Below, piece by piece: positions 17,035 to 26,090 of a stretch of DNA of 64,000 bases (positions within the stretch are counted from its first letter, which is position 1; the number at the start of each line of letters is the position of its first letter). The translations under genes and the position numbers were made by a program. The DNA is taken from contig JAUYOW010000214.1 in the NCBI GenBank assembly GCA_030697825.1, positions 548 to 64,547 on the forward strand, given 5' to 3'. The DNA comes from Gemmatimonadales bacterium. GTDB taxonomy: Bacteria; Gemmatimonadota; Gemmatimonadetes; Gemmatimonadales; JACORV01. The notes beneath the pieces are model-generated. The model made no database searches and had not been told where the DNA came from. It was given only the letters and a program-made list of their open reading frames with translations.

Positions 17035-17056
17035 AGTTTATGCAAGGCAGCGCATA
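17035..17056. promoter_or_regulatory. AT-rich inverted repeat, candidate ArgR operator (ARG-box-like) in the argG upstream region
   Basis: TTTATGC-N8-GCATAAA is a perfect 7-bp inverted repeat, followed by AAATA. It sits in a 70-bp AT-rich island between the argR stop (17081) and the argG start (17010). Confidence 0.45.
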
Positions 17057-17080
17057 AAAATACAGCCGGCGGGCGGGGGG

Positions 17081-17536
17081 TCAATGGCGGGGCCCGGCGA
17101 GCTCCGCCACGCGGCGCGCCAGCAGCTTCCGGTCGGCGATGGTGCGCGCGATGATGAGGAGCGTATCGTCACCGGCGATGGTCCCGAGCACTTCCGGCCA
17201 TTCCTCGTGGTCGAGCGCCGCGGCCAGCGCGCTCGCGCTGCCGGTCGGAGTCCGCAATACCAGCAGCGGCCCCACACCCTCGCTCTTGAGGAGGAGCGAC
17301 GGGAGGAAGGTGCTGAGCGCGGGCGACGGCAGGATCTCCTCCCGCGAGGCGGCGTAGACGGGGGTGCCGTCGGCGTCCGGCGTCCGGGAGAGTCCGAGCT
17401 CGCGGATGTCGCGGGAGAGGGTGGCCTGGGTGACGTCGAAGCCGGCCCGCACCAGGAGCTCGCGGAGGCGTTCCTGGCTCGGGATCGGGTGCTCGCGCAC
17501 CAGGCGAAGGATGGCGGCGTGTCGTTTGGCTTTCAC
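17081..17536 (-). CDS. argR: arginine repressor
   Basis: MKAKRHAAILRLVREHPIPSQERLRELLVRAGFDVTQATLSRDIRELGL (winged-helix N-domain), plus a C-terminal oligomerisation domain with GTIAGDDT. Confidence 0.9.
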   Translation of the reverse strand: MKAKRHAAILRLVREHPIPSQERLRELLVRAGFDVTQATLSRDIRELGLSRTPDADGTPVYAASREEILPSPALSTFLPSLLLKSEGVGPLLVLRTPTGSASALAAALDHEEWPEVLGTIAGDDTLLIIARTIADRKLLARRVAELAGPRH

Positions 17537-17571
17537 TGGCTCATTGACGCGGCTCCTGCCGCAAAATATGC

Positions 17572-18552
17572 TTGACGTGGATGTCGCGCGACCCGCGGGC
17601 CCTCGCGATCGCCAGTCTCCTGGCCATGCTGGCCTGCAACGAGCCTTCGCTCGCCCCGGGTCAGCCCCCGGTGCCGCCCGTTCGGGACGTTCTCTTTCGC
17701 TACCCGAATGGCAGCCTCCACCTCATAGGGACCGACGGCACGAACAACCGGCCGGTCGGGCCGGCGGGGTTGCCCTCGTTCACGCCGCTCGCGGTCAGCC
17801 TCGACGGACGCACGGTCGCTCTCATCGTGGGGAACCAGATCGCGCTGGCGCCGCTCGAAGACCTCTCCTCGCGACGGGCCATCTACACCCAACTGCCGCC
17901 GGCGATCGGCCCCGGCGCGTTCTCCGACGACGGCCGGCGGCTGGCTGTCCCGTGCTTCGTGCCCGGCGGCGGCCCCGCCGTCCTGCTCTACGACCAGGAC
18001 CTCCAGCGGTGGGATACCGTGATCGTCGGCAGTCCGGGCTTCTCGATGGGGCCCGCGTTCTCTCCTGATGGAGCGCAGCTCGTGGGCATCGGCGAGACCG
18101 ACCTCGGGCTGTTCGTGATCCGCGTGCGCATGAGCGATCTGTACCCGACCACCCAGCCCCTCGGCGCCTCGCGCTTCCTCAACCTGCCGGTGTTCGGCTG
18201 GCCGCGTTGGACGCAAGAGCAAGGATTCATGTTCCTGGCGCGGCGCGGACTCACGACCCCGGGGCCCGACACCCTCGCGGTCGAGGCGTTCGATCCCGAC
18301 AACGCCGAGGGCGGCGCGCGCAGGCTCTTCACCGTGCTCCAGGCGCCCGACTCCGGCGGGCCGGATCTGGTGATCGGCGGCCAGTCCACCTTCTCGCTGT
18401 CGCGCGACGGATCGCAGGTCGTCCTGGCGGCATTCCCGGACACGGCGCTCCGGTACCACGGGCTCTGGGCCGCCGCGAAAGGCGGACGGCGCGTTTACCG
18501 GGTGCTGGCCGACTCGTCGCAATTCCTGCAGTACCCCCACCTGCTGAACTAG
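17572..18552 (+). CDS. secreted or lipoprotein beta-propeller (TolB/PD40-like) protein
   Basis: Signal/lipobox-like ALAIASLLAMLAC-N. Repeated motifs of the type ...SPDG/SDDG/SRDG..., as in PD40/WD40-like propellers. An ATG alternative is at 17581. Confidence 0.45.
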   Translation: MTWMSRDPRALAIASLLAMLACNEPSLAPGQPPVPPVRDVLFRYPNGSLHLIGTDGTNNRPVGPAGLPSFTPLAVSLDGRTVALIVGNQIALAPLEDLSSRRAIYTQLPPAIGPGAFSDDGRRLAVPCFVPGGGPAVLLYDQDLQRWDTVIVGSPGFSMGPAFSPDGAQLVGIGETDLGLFVIRVRMSDLYPTTQPLGASRFLNLPVFGWPRWTQEQGFMFLARRGLTTPGPDTLAVEAFDPDNAEGGARRLFTVLQAPDSGGPDLVIGGQSTFSLSRDGSQVVLAAFPDTALRYHGLWAAAKGGRRVYRVLADSSQFLQYPHLLN

Positions 18553-19871
18553 CCCCGCGCGGCGCGGGCGTTCTTCGCGGCCCGCTCCAGCGCGGCCCGC
18601 TCCAGTGGCGCGTCCACTCCGGGCCAGAAGCCGCGCTGGTACACCATCCGTCCCGCTACCCAGGCATGATGCACGTCGGCGGCGGTCGCCGAGAGAGCCA
18701 GCGCCTCTTCCGGATCGGCCGCTCCGGCGAGCGCCGGCGCGCCCAGCGAGACGGCGACGAGGTCGCCCCATGCGCTCGGCACCAGCATGCCGAGGCCGTC
18801 GAGACCCAGCGCCGCCGCGCCGTCCATCGTGACCAGGCGCAGCAGCTCCCGGGGGGTGAGGTCCGTTCCGACCGCGGCCACTCGGGCCTCGTGGAACAGG
18901 TCGACCCCGCCGCCCGCCGTCACGGAATCAGTGCCCAATCCGACCGTCACCTTGAGCGTCCGCATGAGGGCGAGGTCGGCACGGCCATGACCGAGGACCG
19001 CGTTCGACCACGGGCAGTGGGCGACCGCGGCGCCATGCCGAGCCAGGTAGCGGAAATCCTCCTCGCCGGCCGTGACGCAGTGGATGAGCAGGGGACGGAG
19101 CTCCATGAGCCCCGAGCGCGCGACCCACGCGACCGGACTGCATTGCTGCGGCCCGACCACGATGCCGCGGGCGCGCAGGGCTTCGGCGAAGGGGCCTTCG
19201 CCCCGCTCCACGAAAAGGGATTCGTCGGGCGACTCCGCGACGTGCATTGCGACCTTGCAGCCGCGGGCGCGCGCGAAAGCGGCGACGTTGCGGAGCAGGA
19301 CGGTGGAGACGGTGTAGGGTGCGTGGGGCGAGACACCGACCTCGACGCGGGCCGACGTGAAGGGCCAGAGCCGGTCGAGCGCGCGCTCCAGCTCGGCCAG
19401 CGCCGCCTCGCACTGCGCAGGATCGGGCCCGAACACCTCCTGGTAGGCGACGCCGCGCGCGCCGAGCTCCGCCAGGGCGATCGCGGCCTCACCGGAGGAG
19501 CCGGTGTCGCCGGTCGTCGTGATGCCCGCCGCGAAGCTCTCGAGCACGCCCCATCGGGCGGAAGCGCGGAAGTCGGCCGCGGTGAGGGCTTCCTTGATCC
19601 CTCTGACCGACGCGATCCACCGGGAGAACGGCCGGTCGCGAACCAGCCCGCGCAGCGCGGTCAGCTCGAGATGCGCGTGGGTGTTCACCAGCCCGGGCAT
19701 CAGGACCGCGTCGCCTAACTGCCACTCCTCGACCTCTGAGGGACGGGGGACCTCCGCGTCCCGGCCGACGGCCGCGATGCGGCCGTCCTCGCCGACGAGC
19801 ACGGCGCCGCCTTCGATCGGCGGCACCACCATCGGCAGCACCCAGCGCGCACTGAGACGGATGGCCGGCAC
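18549..19871 (-). CDS. metal-dependent amidohydrolase (chlorohydrolase / nucleoside-deaminase-like)
   Basis: ARWVLPMV...GGAVLV...GRI then LMPGLVNTHAHLELT (HxH metal motif), HV..S and GTDS motifs. GTG start 19871, just after the PBP1A stop (19876-19878). Confidence 0.75.
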   Translation of the reverse strand: MPAIRLSARWVLPMVVPPIEGGAVLVGEDGRIAAVGRDAEVPRPSEVEEWQLGDAVLMPGLVNTHAHLELTALRGLVRDRPFSRWIASVRGIKEALTAADFRASARWGVLESFAAGITTTGDTGSSGEAAIALAELGARGVAYQEVFGPDPAQCEAALAELERALDRLWPFTSARVEVGVSPHAPYTVSTVLLRNVAAFARARGCKVAMHVAESPDESLFVERGEGPFAEALRARGIVVGPQQCSPVAWVARSGLMELRPLLIHCVTAGEEDFRYLARHGAAVAHCPWSNAVLGHGRADLALMRTLKVTVGLGTDSVTAGGGVDLFHEARVAAVGTDLTPRELLRLVTMDGAAALGLDGLGMLVPSAWGDLVAVSLGAPALAGAADPEEALALSATAADVHHAWVAGRMVYQRGFWPGVDAPLERAALERAAKNARAARG

Positions 19872-19875
19872 GAAG

Positions 19876-22062
19876 CTAGTGGCCGCCCGGCGGGCGCGGT
19901 GGGGGCCTGACGTCGTCGCCACGGGGCGCGGACAGGGCGGGTGCACCCGGTCCCGGGTGCAGCGGGCATGACTCGACCGGCGCCGCGCCGGGCGAGAACA
20001 CCTCCCACCGGCGAGAGCGAGCAGGACAGTTCGGCGTCGCGAGCTTCCCGGACTCCACGTCTATCTCGCGGGTCACGACTCCGGTCGGGCGGGACCACTC
20101 GCCGGGGTTGGGTCGGCGCTCGTACACCTCGCGCATGAACGCCGTCCACGCCGGCGCCGCGAGCCGGCCGCCCTGGGCGCCGGGCTTGATGGTCTGCGGG
20201 CGGTCGAACCCCATCCAGAATCCCGCGACCAGCTCCCTCGTGAACCCGACGAACCAGACATCGGTGTAGTCGTTCGTGGTGCCGGTCTTGCCCCCGGCGG
20301 GGACGGTGAAGCCCGCGCCGCGGACCGCGGACATCGCGGTGCCGCCACGGACCACGTCGCGCAGCATGTCGGTCAGCACGAACGCCTGATCGGGTGACAT
20401 GACGCGCTGGCGCCGGATCTGCGGCTGCCAGAGGACGGTGCCTTCGGCGTCCTCCACGCGGCGGATGCCGATCGGCGAGGCGCGCACGCCCAGCGAGGCG
20501 GGAGCGGTGAAGGCCGAGACCAGCTCCAGCGCCAGTACGTCCGCCGACCCGATGAAGATCGAGGGGACGGCGGGCACGGGAGTCGTGATTCCGTAGCGCC
20601 GCGCCTCGTCCACGACCGTCTCCACTCCCAGCTCCAAGCCGAGACGGATCGCGACCAGGTTGACGGACGACGCGAGCCCGCGCCGCAACGTCATCGGGCC
20701 GTGGAATTCGCCCACTTCGAAGTTCTGCGGTTCCCAGACCGTGCCGTCGCTCATGGGGAGCGAGATGGGCGCGTCATCGAGCATCTCGTTAGGCGAATGG
20801 CCGGTGCGGATGGCGGCGGAGTACACGAAGAGTTTGAAGGTGGAGCCGGCCTGGCGCATCGCCTGCGTGGCGCGATTGAACTTCGAGTCGTCGAAGTCGC
20901 GCCCGCCCACCATGGCGCGGATCTCGCCGGTCTCGGCATCCATCGCGATCATCGCGCCCTGGAGGTAGGGCGTGGTGCCGGAGCGCGGCCCGTCGCCGTG
21001 GTCGGGGCTCGAGGCCAGGTACTGCGCGAAGGTCCGGTGGGGGAACCGGCCGTACGCGCCGTTCTCTATCGCCTCGATCTGCCCCTCGAGAGCGCGCTCG
21101 GCGGCCTGCTGCATGTCTATGTCCAGCGTGGTGTAGACGCGGAGGCCCTTCTCGTACAGGTCGCGGCCGAAGCGCGCATCGAGCGTTTGCCGGAGCCACT
21201 CGACGAAGTACGGCGCCAGCTCGCCATAGTCCTGGCGCGCCGAGAGGCCCAGCGGGTAGGCCTTCGCCTCCTCGGCCTGCTCGGCGGTGAGGTAACCCTG
21301 CCGGCGCATCAGCTCGATGACCAGGTTGCGCCGCCGCACCGCGCGCGCCGGGTAGCGGCGCGGGTTGTAGCTCTCCGGCCGCTGCGGCAGCGCGGCCAGG
21401 AGCGCCGACTCCGCGATGTTGAGGTCCCGGGCCGACTTCCCGAAGTAGCGAAGCGCGGCGGTCTCTACGCCGTAGGCGCCGTTGCCGAGGTAGATCTGGT
21501 TGAGGTAGAGCTCCAGGATGCGGTCCTTGGTGTAGGTCTGCTCCAGCTCCCGCGCTACCCAGACTTCCTTGAGCTTGCGGCTGAGCTTCTTCTCCCGGGT
21601 GATGCGATCGGGGAAGACGTTACGCGCCAGCTGCATCGTGATGGTCGAGAAGCCCTGCCCCCACGACAGTGAGAAGACGTTGGCGCGCACCGCGCCGAAG
21701 ACGCGCGAGTAGTCGATGCCGTGGTGCTGGTAGAAGCGCTTGTCCTCGACGGCGATGAACGCCGCCTTGAGATGCCGCGGCATGTCGGCGAGGCGGATGA
21801 GGGTGCGGCGCTCAAGGCCCAGCTCGGTGATGAGGCGGCCGTCCACCGCGTACACCTTCGAGGTCTGCTGGGGCCTATAGTCGTCGAGGATGGCGATGGA
21901 GGGGCACGCGCGGCCGGCGCAGACCCGGGTCCAGCTGCCGTAGACGATGCCGACCCCGAACCCGAAGACGAGCAGCAGCACGAACACCGTGCGACGCGCC
22001 CGATCGGGGGTGAAGAAGCGCGTGATGCCGCGCTGCTTCGGCTGTTTCGGTTGTTCGGCCAT
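19876..22062 (-). CDS. mrcA: class A penicillin-binding protein 1A (glycosyltransferase + transpeptidase)
   Basis: GT51 motifs EDKRFYQHHGIDY and GFSTITMQLARNVF. Transpeptidase motifs STFK, SVN and KTGTTN. N-terminal TM anchor. Confidence 0.9.
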   Translation of the reverse strand: MAEQPKQPKQRGITRFFTPDRARRTVFVLLLVFGFGVGIVYGSWTRVCAGRACPSIAILDDYRPQQTSKVYAVDGRLITELGLERRTLIRLADMPRHLKAAFIAVEDKRFYQHHGIDYSRVFGAVRANVFSLSWGQGFSTITMQLARNVFPDRITREKKLSRKLKEVWVARELEQTYTKDRILELYLNQIYLGNGAYGVETAALRYFGKSARDLNIAESALLAALPQRPESYNPRRYPARAVRRRNLVIELMRRQGYLTAEQAEEAKAYPLGLSARQDYGELAPYFVEWLRQTLDARFGRDLYEKGLRVYTTLDIDMQQAAERALEGQIEAIENGAYGRFPHRTFAQYLASSPDHGDGPRSGTTPYLQGAMIAMDAETGEIRAMVGGRDFDDSKFNRATQAMRQAGSTFKLFVYSAAIRTGHSPNEMLDDAPISLPMSDGTVWEPQNFEVGEFHGPMTLRRGLASSVNLVAIRLGLELGVETVVDEARRYGITTPVPAVPSIFIGSADVLALELVSAFTAPASLGVRASPIGIRRVEDAEGTVLWQPQIRRQRVMSPDQAFVLTDMLRDVVRGGTAMSAVRGAGFTVPAGGKTGTTNDYTDVWFVGFTRELVAGFWMGFDRPQTIKPGAQGGRLAAPAWTAFMREVYERRPNPGEWSRPTGVVTREIDVESGKLATPNCPARSRRWEVFSPGAAPVESCPLHPGPGAPALSAPRGDDVRPPPRPPGGH

Positions 22063-22239
22063 AGCCGTGGCAAGTTAGCCGGGGGTCCGAGTGCCTGCCA
22101 GCGGCGGCGGCCGCAAGAATCCGCACCGCAACGCCTCGATTCCGCACCGTTGGTTCGCTCGTACCACACTACCATTGGACCCCCAGTGGCATCGCAGGCG
22201 GCTCTGGCACAGGCGGAGCGGCGCCGCTAGGCCCGGCGC

Positions 22240-22267
22240 TTGACTCGGGAGTCCAAGCACGTATACT
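22240..22267 (+). promoter_or_regulatory. sigma70-type promoter of vapBC
   Basis: TTGACT (22240-22245), 16-nt spacer, TATACT (22262-22267), 30 nt upstream of ATG 22297. Locally AT-rich in a GC-rich genome. Confidence 0.55.
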
Positions 22268-22296
22268 ACATCTATGGATACGTATACGGCGTTGCC

Positions 22297-22518
22297 ATGA
22301 AGACCAAAGTCACGGTCACCATCGAGCGGGACCTCGTGCCGAGGGCGAAGCGCTACGCCCGGGCGCGGGGCGTCTCCCTGTCCCACCTCATTGAGGTCGC
22401 CCTGCGCGAGATGAGCGCCGGCGAGAGTACGTCCTTCGCGCAGCGGTGGCGGGGCAAGTTCCGGCCGGCCTCGCGCACCGGCGAACGGTACCGGGCACTG
22501 GCCGCCAAGTACCTGTGA
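22297..22518 (+). CDS. vapB: VapB-like antitoxin (small DNA-binding protein)
   Basis: 73-aa protein MKTKVTVTIERDLVPRAKRYARARGVSLSHLIEVALREM. The stop overlaps the PIN gene start (GTGA at 22515). Confidence 0.6.
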   Translation: MKTKVTVTIERDLVPRAKRYARARGVSLSHLIEVALREMSAGESTSFAQRWRGKFRPASRTGERYRALAAKYL

Positions 22519-22925
22519 TCATTCTGCTGGACACCGATGTCCTCATTGACGTTGCCCTGGACCGCGCCCCGCATGCCGAAGCCGCGGCGAGCCTGCTCGA
22601 TGCCGTCGAGCGCCGGCCAGGGTCCGGGTACGTAGCGTGGCACACGATCGCCAACTTCTACTACCTGGTGGCGCCGTCGCGCGGCGGCCAGGCGACGCGG
22701 GCTTTCGTGCTCGACCTGTTGCGGTTCGTGGAGGTCGCCCCCACCGTGACCGACAGCTTGCGGAAGGCGGCCAGACTCGAGATGAAAGACTTCGAGGACG
22801 CGATGCAGGTTGCCGCCGCCGAGGCGTGCGGCGCCGAGGTCATCGCCACGCGAAACATCCGCGACTATGCGAAGGCGCCGATCAGGGTGACCACGCCGCG
22901 CGCGCTGTTGGCCGAGCTGGCCTAG
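22515..22925 (+). CDS. vapC: PIN-domain toxin VapC
   Basis: VIILLDTDVLIDVALDR (first acidic PIN motif), later FEDAMQ and IATRN. Confidence 0.8.
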   Translation: MIILLDTDVLIDVALDRAPHAEAAASLLDAVERRPGSGYVAWHTIANFYYLVAPSRGGQATRAFVLDLLRFVEVAPTVTDSLRKAARLEMKDFEDAMQVAAAEACGAEVIATRNIRDYAKAPIRVTTPRALLAELA

Positions 22926-23057
22926 GCTCGCACCGGCAAGCAGGCCGTCGTAGTATTCGCGCATCCTCTCAGGGGACGCATTACGGAACTCCCGAGTCGT
23001 CTTCGTGCCGCGCTGGCCGGCCGCTACGCGATCGAGCGCGAGCTTGGCCGCGGCGGC

Positions 23058-25058
23058 ATGGCCACGGTCTTCCTCGCCGAAGACGTCAAGCACCACCGCC
23101 CCGTCGCCATCAAGCTCCTCTCGCCCGAGCTCGCCGCCGCCTTGGGCGCCGAGCGGTTCCTGCGCGAGATCGAGATCGCCGCGCGACTGCACCATCCGCA
23201 CATCCTCCCGCTCTACGACTCGGGCGAGGCTGACGGCCTGCTCTACTACGTCATGCCTTACGCCGAGGGCGAGTCGCTGCGCGACCGGCTGGAGCGCGAG
23301 AAGCAGCTTCCGCTCGATGATGCGCTCCAGATCGCGCGCGAGGTGGCCGACGCCTTGAGCTATGCGCACAGCCACGACGTGGTGCACCGGGACATCAAGC
23401 CCGAGAACATCCTGCTGGAGTCGGGGCACGCGGTGGTGGCGGACTTCGGGATCGCGCGGGCGATAACGGCAGCGGGCGGGGAGACGCTGACGGGCACGGG
23501 GATGGCGATCGGGACGCCGGCCTACATGAGCCCGGAGCAGGCGGCGGGGAGCAAGGACCTGGACGGCCGGAGCGACTTGTACTCGTTAGGCTGCGTGCTG
23601 TACGAGATGCTGGCCGGCCAGCCGCCGTTCACGGGACCGACGGTGGAGAGCGTGGTACATCAGCACCTCACGATGGACCCACATCCGATCACGAGCCTGC
23701 GGCCCGCGGTGCCGGCCGAGGTGGCGGCGGCCTTGAGCCGGGCGCTGGCCAAGACGCCGGCTGACCGGTTCAACCCGGTGGCGCTGTTCGCCGAGTCGCT
23801 GGGCGCGGTCCCGGCAGCGCGAACTGCGCCTCAGGGCGCTGCTCGCGTCTCCCGGCGCAGGATCTGGGCTGTAGCCGCCGGCCTGGTCGCGGTCGGCTTG
23901 GTTGCGCTCGTAGGTGCAGTCGCCATGCTCGGCGCGCGCGGGCGTTCGGCGCGGGTCCGCGAGACACTGGCGGCCGCCACGGCGGCGGCCGCGGCGCACC
24001 GGTTCGACGACGTATACGAGCGGCTGAGCGTGGCCGGTCTCGACGTCACGGACCGCCGCCTTGCGGGTCTCCTTCCCGCGGCCGCGGGCACCGTGTCCAT
24101 CACCACCGACCCGGCCGGCGCCACAGTGGAGGCGATCCGCGTCCACCCGATCGCCGGCTTCGAGGCGCGGCCGCCGCTCAACCTCGGACGCACCCCGATC
24201 ACGACCCGGGCGCTCGTCGCCGGCGACTACCTCATCAAGCTCCGTGGCGAAGGACGGCAGGTGTTGAGCCTCATCGTCACCATCGACGTCGGCACGGTGC
24301 GTCGCATCGTCCGGGGCCTCGTGCCTGCGGCTGACACCGCGCTGGCCGGCATGGTGCTCGTGGATTCCGGCACCACCGCGGCGGTCCCGACGCCGGGCCC
24401 CGTGCCGTCGTTCCTCATCGGCCGTCACGAAGTCACCAACTCGCAATTCCGCGCTTTTGCCGCGTCTGGAGCGTATCGCGACTCCTCGTTCTGGCCTGAC
24501 GTCATGCTGGTCGGCGGTCGGCGCGTTCCACGAGATGCGGCACTGCGTGAGTTCGTCGATCGCACCGGCCGACCAGGCCCGCGCCTGTGGTCCGGCGGCA
24601 CGTTCCCAGAGGGCGAGGCCGATCACCCCGTGGTGGGAGTATCATGGTACGAGGCGGCGGCCTACGCACGGTGGGCGCACCAGACGCTCCCGAAAATGGC
24701 CCAGTGGTACCGTGCCGCCGTTGGCGACGGAGACGGCGTCTATCCGTGGGGAAACGACGCCGTGACGGCGGAAGCCCGGGCCAACTTCGGCTTCGCCGGC
24801 AGCCGGCCAGTGGGTTCGTTCCCGCTCGGCGTGAGCCCCTTCGGATGCGACGACATGGCCGGTAACGCCAGGGAATGGCTGGCCGACTCCACGCCACGGG
24901 ACCAACGGCTCGTGGCGGGCGGATCGTGGCAGGATCCACCATACATGTTCGAGCCGGGCCACGCCGAGGCGTTCGACCCGGGGTACAGCAGCGCCGCCAT
25001 CGGCTTCCGCGTGGCCGTGGCGGCTGGCGCGACTCCCAAGCGAGGCAGTGACCGATGA
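23058..25058 (+). CDS. Ser/Thr protein kinase - TM - periplasmic FGE/SUMF1-like (sulfatase-modifying-factor) domain protein; the true start is probably upstream of 23058
   Basis: Kinase motifs GRGGMATV, VAIK, HRDIKPEN, DFG, SPE. TM IWAVAAGLVAVGLVALVGAVAML. C-terminal GRHEVTNSQF...VVGVSWYEAAAYARW...GNAREW...GGSW. The first ATG falls inside the Gly-loop (see finding). Confidence 0.85.
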   Translation: MATVFLAEDVKHHRPVAIKLLSPELAAALGAERFLREIEIAARLHHPHILPLYDSGEADGLLYYVMPYAEGESLRDRLEREKQLPLDDALQIAREVADALSYAHSHDVVHRDIKPENILLESGHAVVADFGIARAITAAGGETLTGTGMAIGTPAYMSPEQAAGSKDLDGRSDLYSLGCVLYEMLAGQPPFTGPTVESVVHQHLTMDPHPITSLRPAVPAEVAAALSRALAKTPADRFNPVALFAESLGAVPAARTAPQGAARVSRRRIWAVAAGLVAVGLVALVGAVAMLGARGRSARVRETLAAATAAAAAHRFDDVYERLSVAGLDVTDRRLAGLLPAAAGTVSITTDPAGATVEAIRVHPIAGFEARPPLNLGRTPITTRALVAGDYLIKLRGEGRQVLSLIVTIDVGTVRRIVRGLVPAADTALAGMVLVDSGTTAAVPTPGPVPSFLIGRHEVTNSQFRAFAASGAYRDSSFWPDVMLVGGRRVPRDAALREFVDRTGRPGPRLWSGGTFPEGEADHPVVGVSWYEAAAYARWAHQTLPKMAQWYRAAVGDGDGVYPWGNDAVTAEARANFGFAGSRPVGSFPLGVSPFGCDDMAGNAREWLADSTPRDQRLVAGGSWQDPPYMFEPGHAEAFDPGYSSAAIGFRVAVAAGATPKRGSDR

Positions 25059-25987
25059 CGAAGACAATAGTGCTCGCGCTGGTGGCGGCGACGCTGCTTT
25101 CAGGGCGAGCGTCCGGCCAGGTCGCGCCGACCGGGGACGCCTGGCTCAGGCGGCCGGTGGACGACCGCACCTTCCGCACCTACCTGGAGTTCTTCGGCTA
25201 CGACCAGCGACTGCCGTTCGACACCGACGCCGGGGATACGGTGCAGCTCGGCGGCGCACGGCGCGAGCACGTTTCGTTCCGGAGCACGGCAGGGACCCGC
25301 GTCACCGCTTTCTACTACCGCGCGGCGGAGGGCGGACGCCTCGGGTCGGGTGTCGTCCTGCTCCACGGCGGCGGTGCGGGGGGAAAGGATGGGGCCGGTG
25401 TCAGGTTCATCGCGGAGCTGATCGCCCGGGCGGGCATCGACGTCCTCTCAATTGACATGCCGCACTATGGCGAGCGGAGTGACGGCCTCTTCACGACGTT
25501 CGCGGAAGCCGAGAAGCACGACCGCCTTTACAATCAGCCGCCCGCCTACCTCGCCTGGGTCACCCAGATCGTTAAGGACGTGGGGCGATCCGTAGACTGG
25601 CTGGTCGCCGAGCGTGGAGTGGACGCCAGGCGGATCGGGATCGTCGGCGTGAGCCGTGGCGCCGTGCTGGCCTCCATCGCGGGCGGCGCGGACCGCCGGC
25701 TCGCCGCCGTCGTGTTGTCCTACGGCGGCCACTTCGACGCTATGGAGAACGGGCACCTGCCGGCGGCTTGCCCGGCCAACTACATCGGGCGGATCAGCCC
25801 GCGACCACTCCTCATGATCAACGGCACGCAGGACAACGACTTCGTGCGCGCCGCGTCCGTGGAACCGCTGTACCGTCTGGCGCGGTCTCCACGCGAGATC
25901 GTGTGGGAGGAGGCCGGCCATCGGGGGGTACCCTCCCCCGAGCACCAGGGAGCGATGCTGGAGTGGCTGCGGGAGCACCTGCGGTAG
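25055..25987 (+). CDS. secreted alpha/beta hydrolase (dienelactone-hydrolase / peptidase S9-like)
   Basis: ATGA overlap with the kinase stop. Signal peptide. Nucleophile elbow GVSRG. Late D and H (EEAGHRG). Confidence 0.7.
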   Translation: MTKTIVLALVAATLLSGRASGQVAPTGDAWLRRPVDDRTFRTYLEFFGYDQRLPFDTDAGDTVQLGGARREHVSFRSTAGTRVTAFYYRAAEGGRLGSGVVLLHGGGAGGKDGAGVRFIAELIARAGIDVLSIDMPHYGERSDGLFTTFAEAEKHDRLYNQPPAYLAWVTQIVKDVGRSVDWLVAERGVDARRIGIVGVSRGAVLASIAGGADRRLAAVVLSYGGHFDAMENGHLPAACPANYIGRISPRPLLMINGTQDNDFVRAASVEPLYRLARSPREIVWEEAGHRGVPSPEHQGAMLEWLREHLR

Positions 25988-26090
25988 GCTGACAGACGCA
26001 GCGGCGGCCTGCCGGTGACGAAGGAGCGACTAGATCTCCCACGGGCACCAACTTGCGTGCAACGCCCCGGCTCCGCTAGCGTACGCCGCC

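Noticed and set aside
18549-18552. Convergent gene pairs sharing a 4-nt overlapping stop (CTAG at 18549-18552 and 45111-45114; CTAA at 29635-29638).
   Set aside because: This is real, but most simply explained by tight packing plus the palindromic nature of CTAG (TAG on both strands). There is no evidence of function beyond the absence of room for terminators.
22205-22220. TGGCACAGGCGGAGCG as a sigma54 promoter upstream of vapBC.
   Set aside because: The -12 region (GAGC) is poor, and a strong sigma70 promoter lies 20 nt downstream. A TA module is an implausible sigma54 target.
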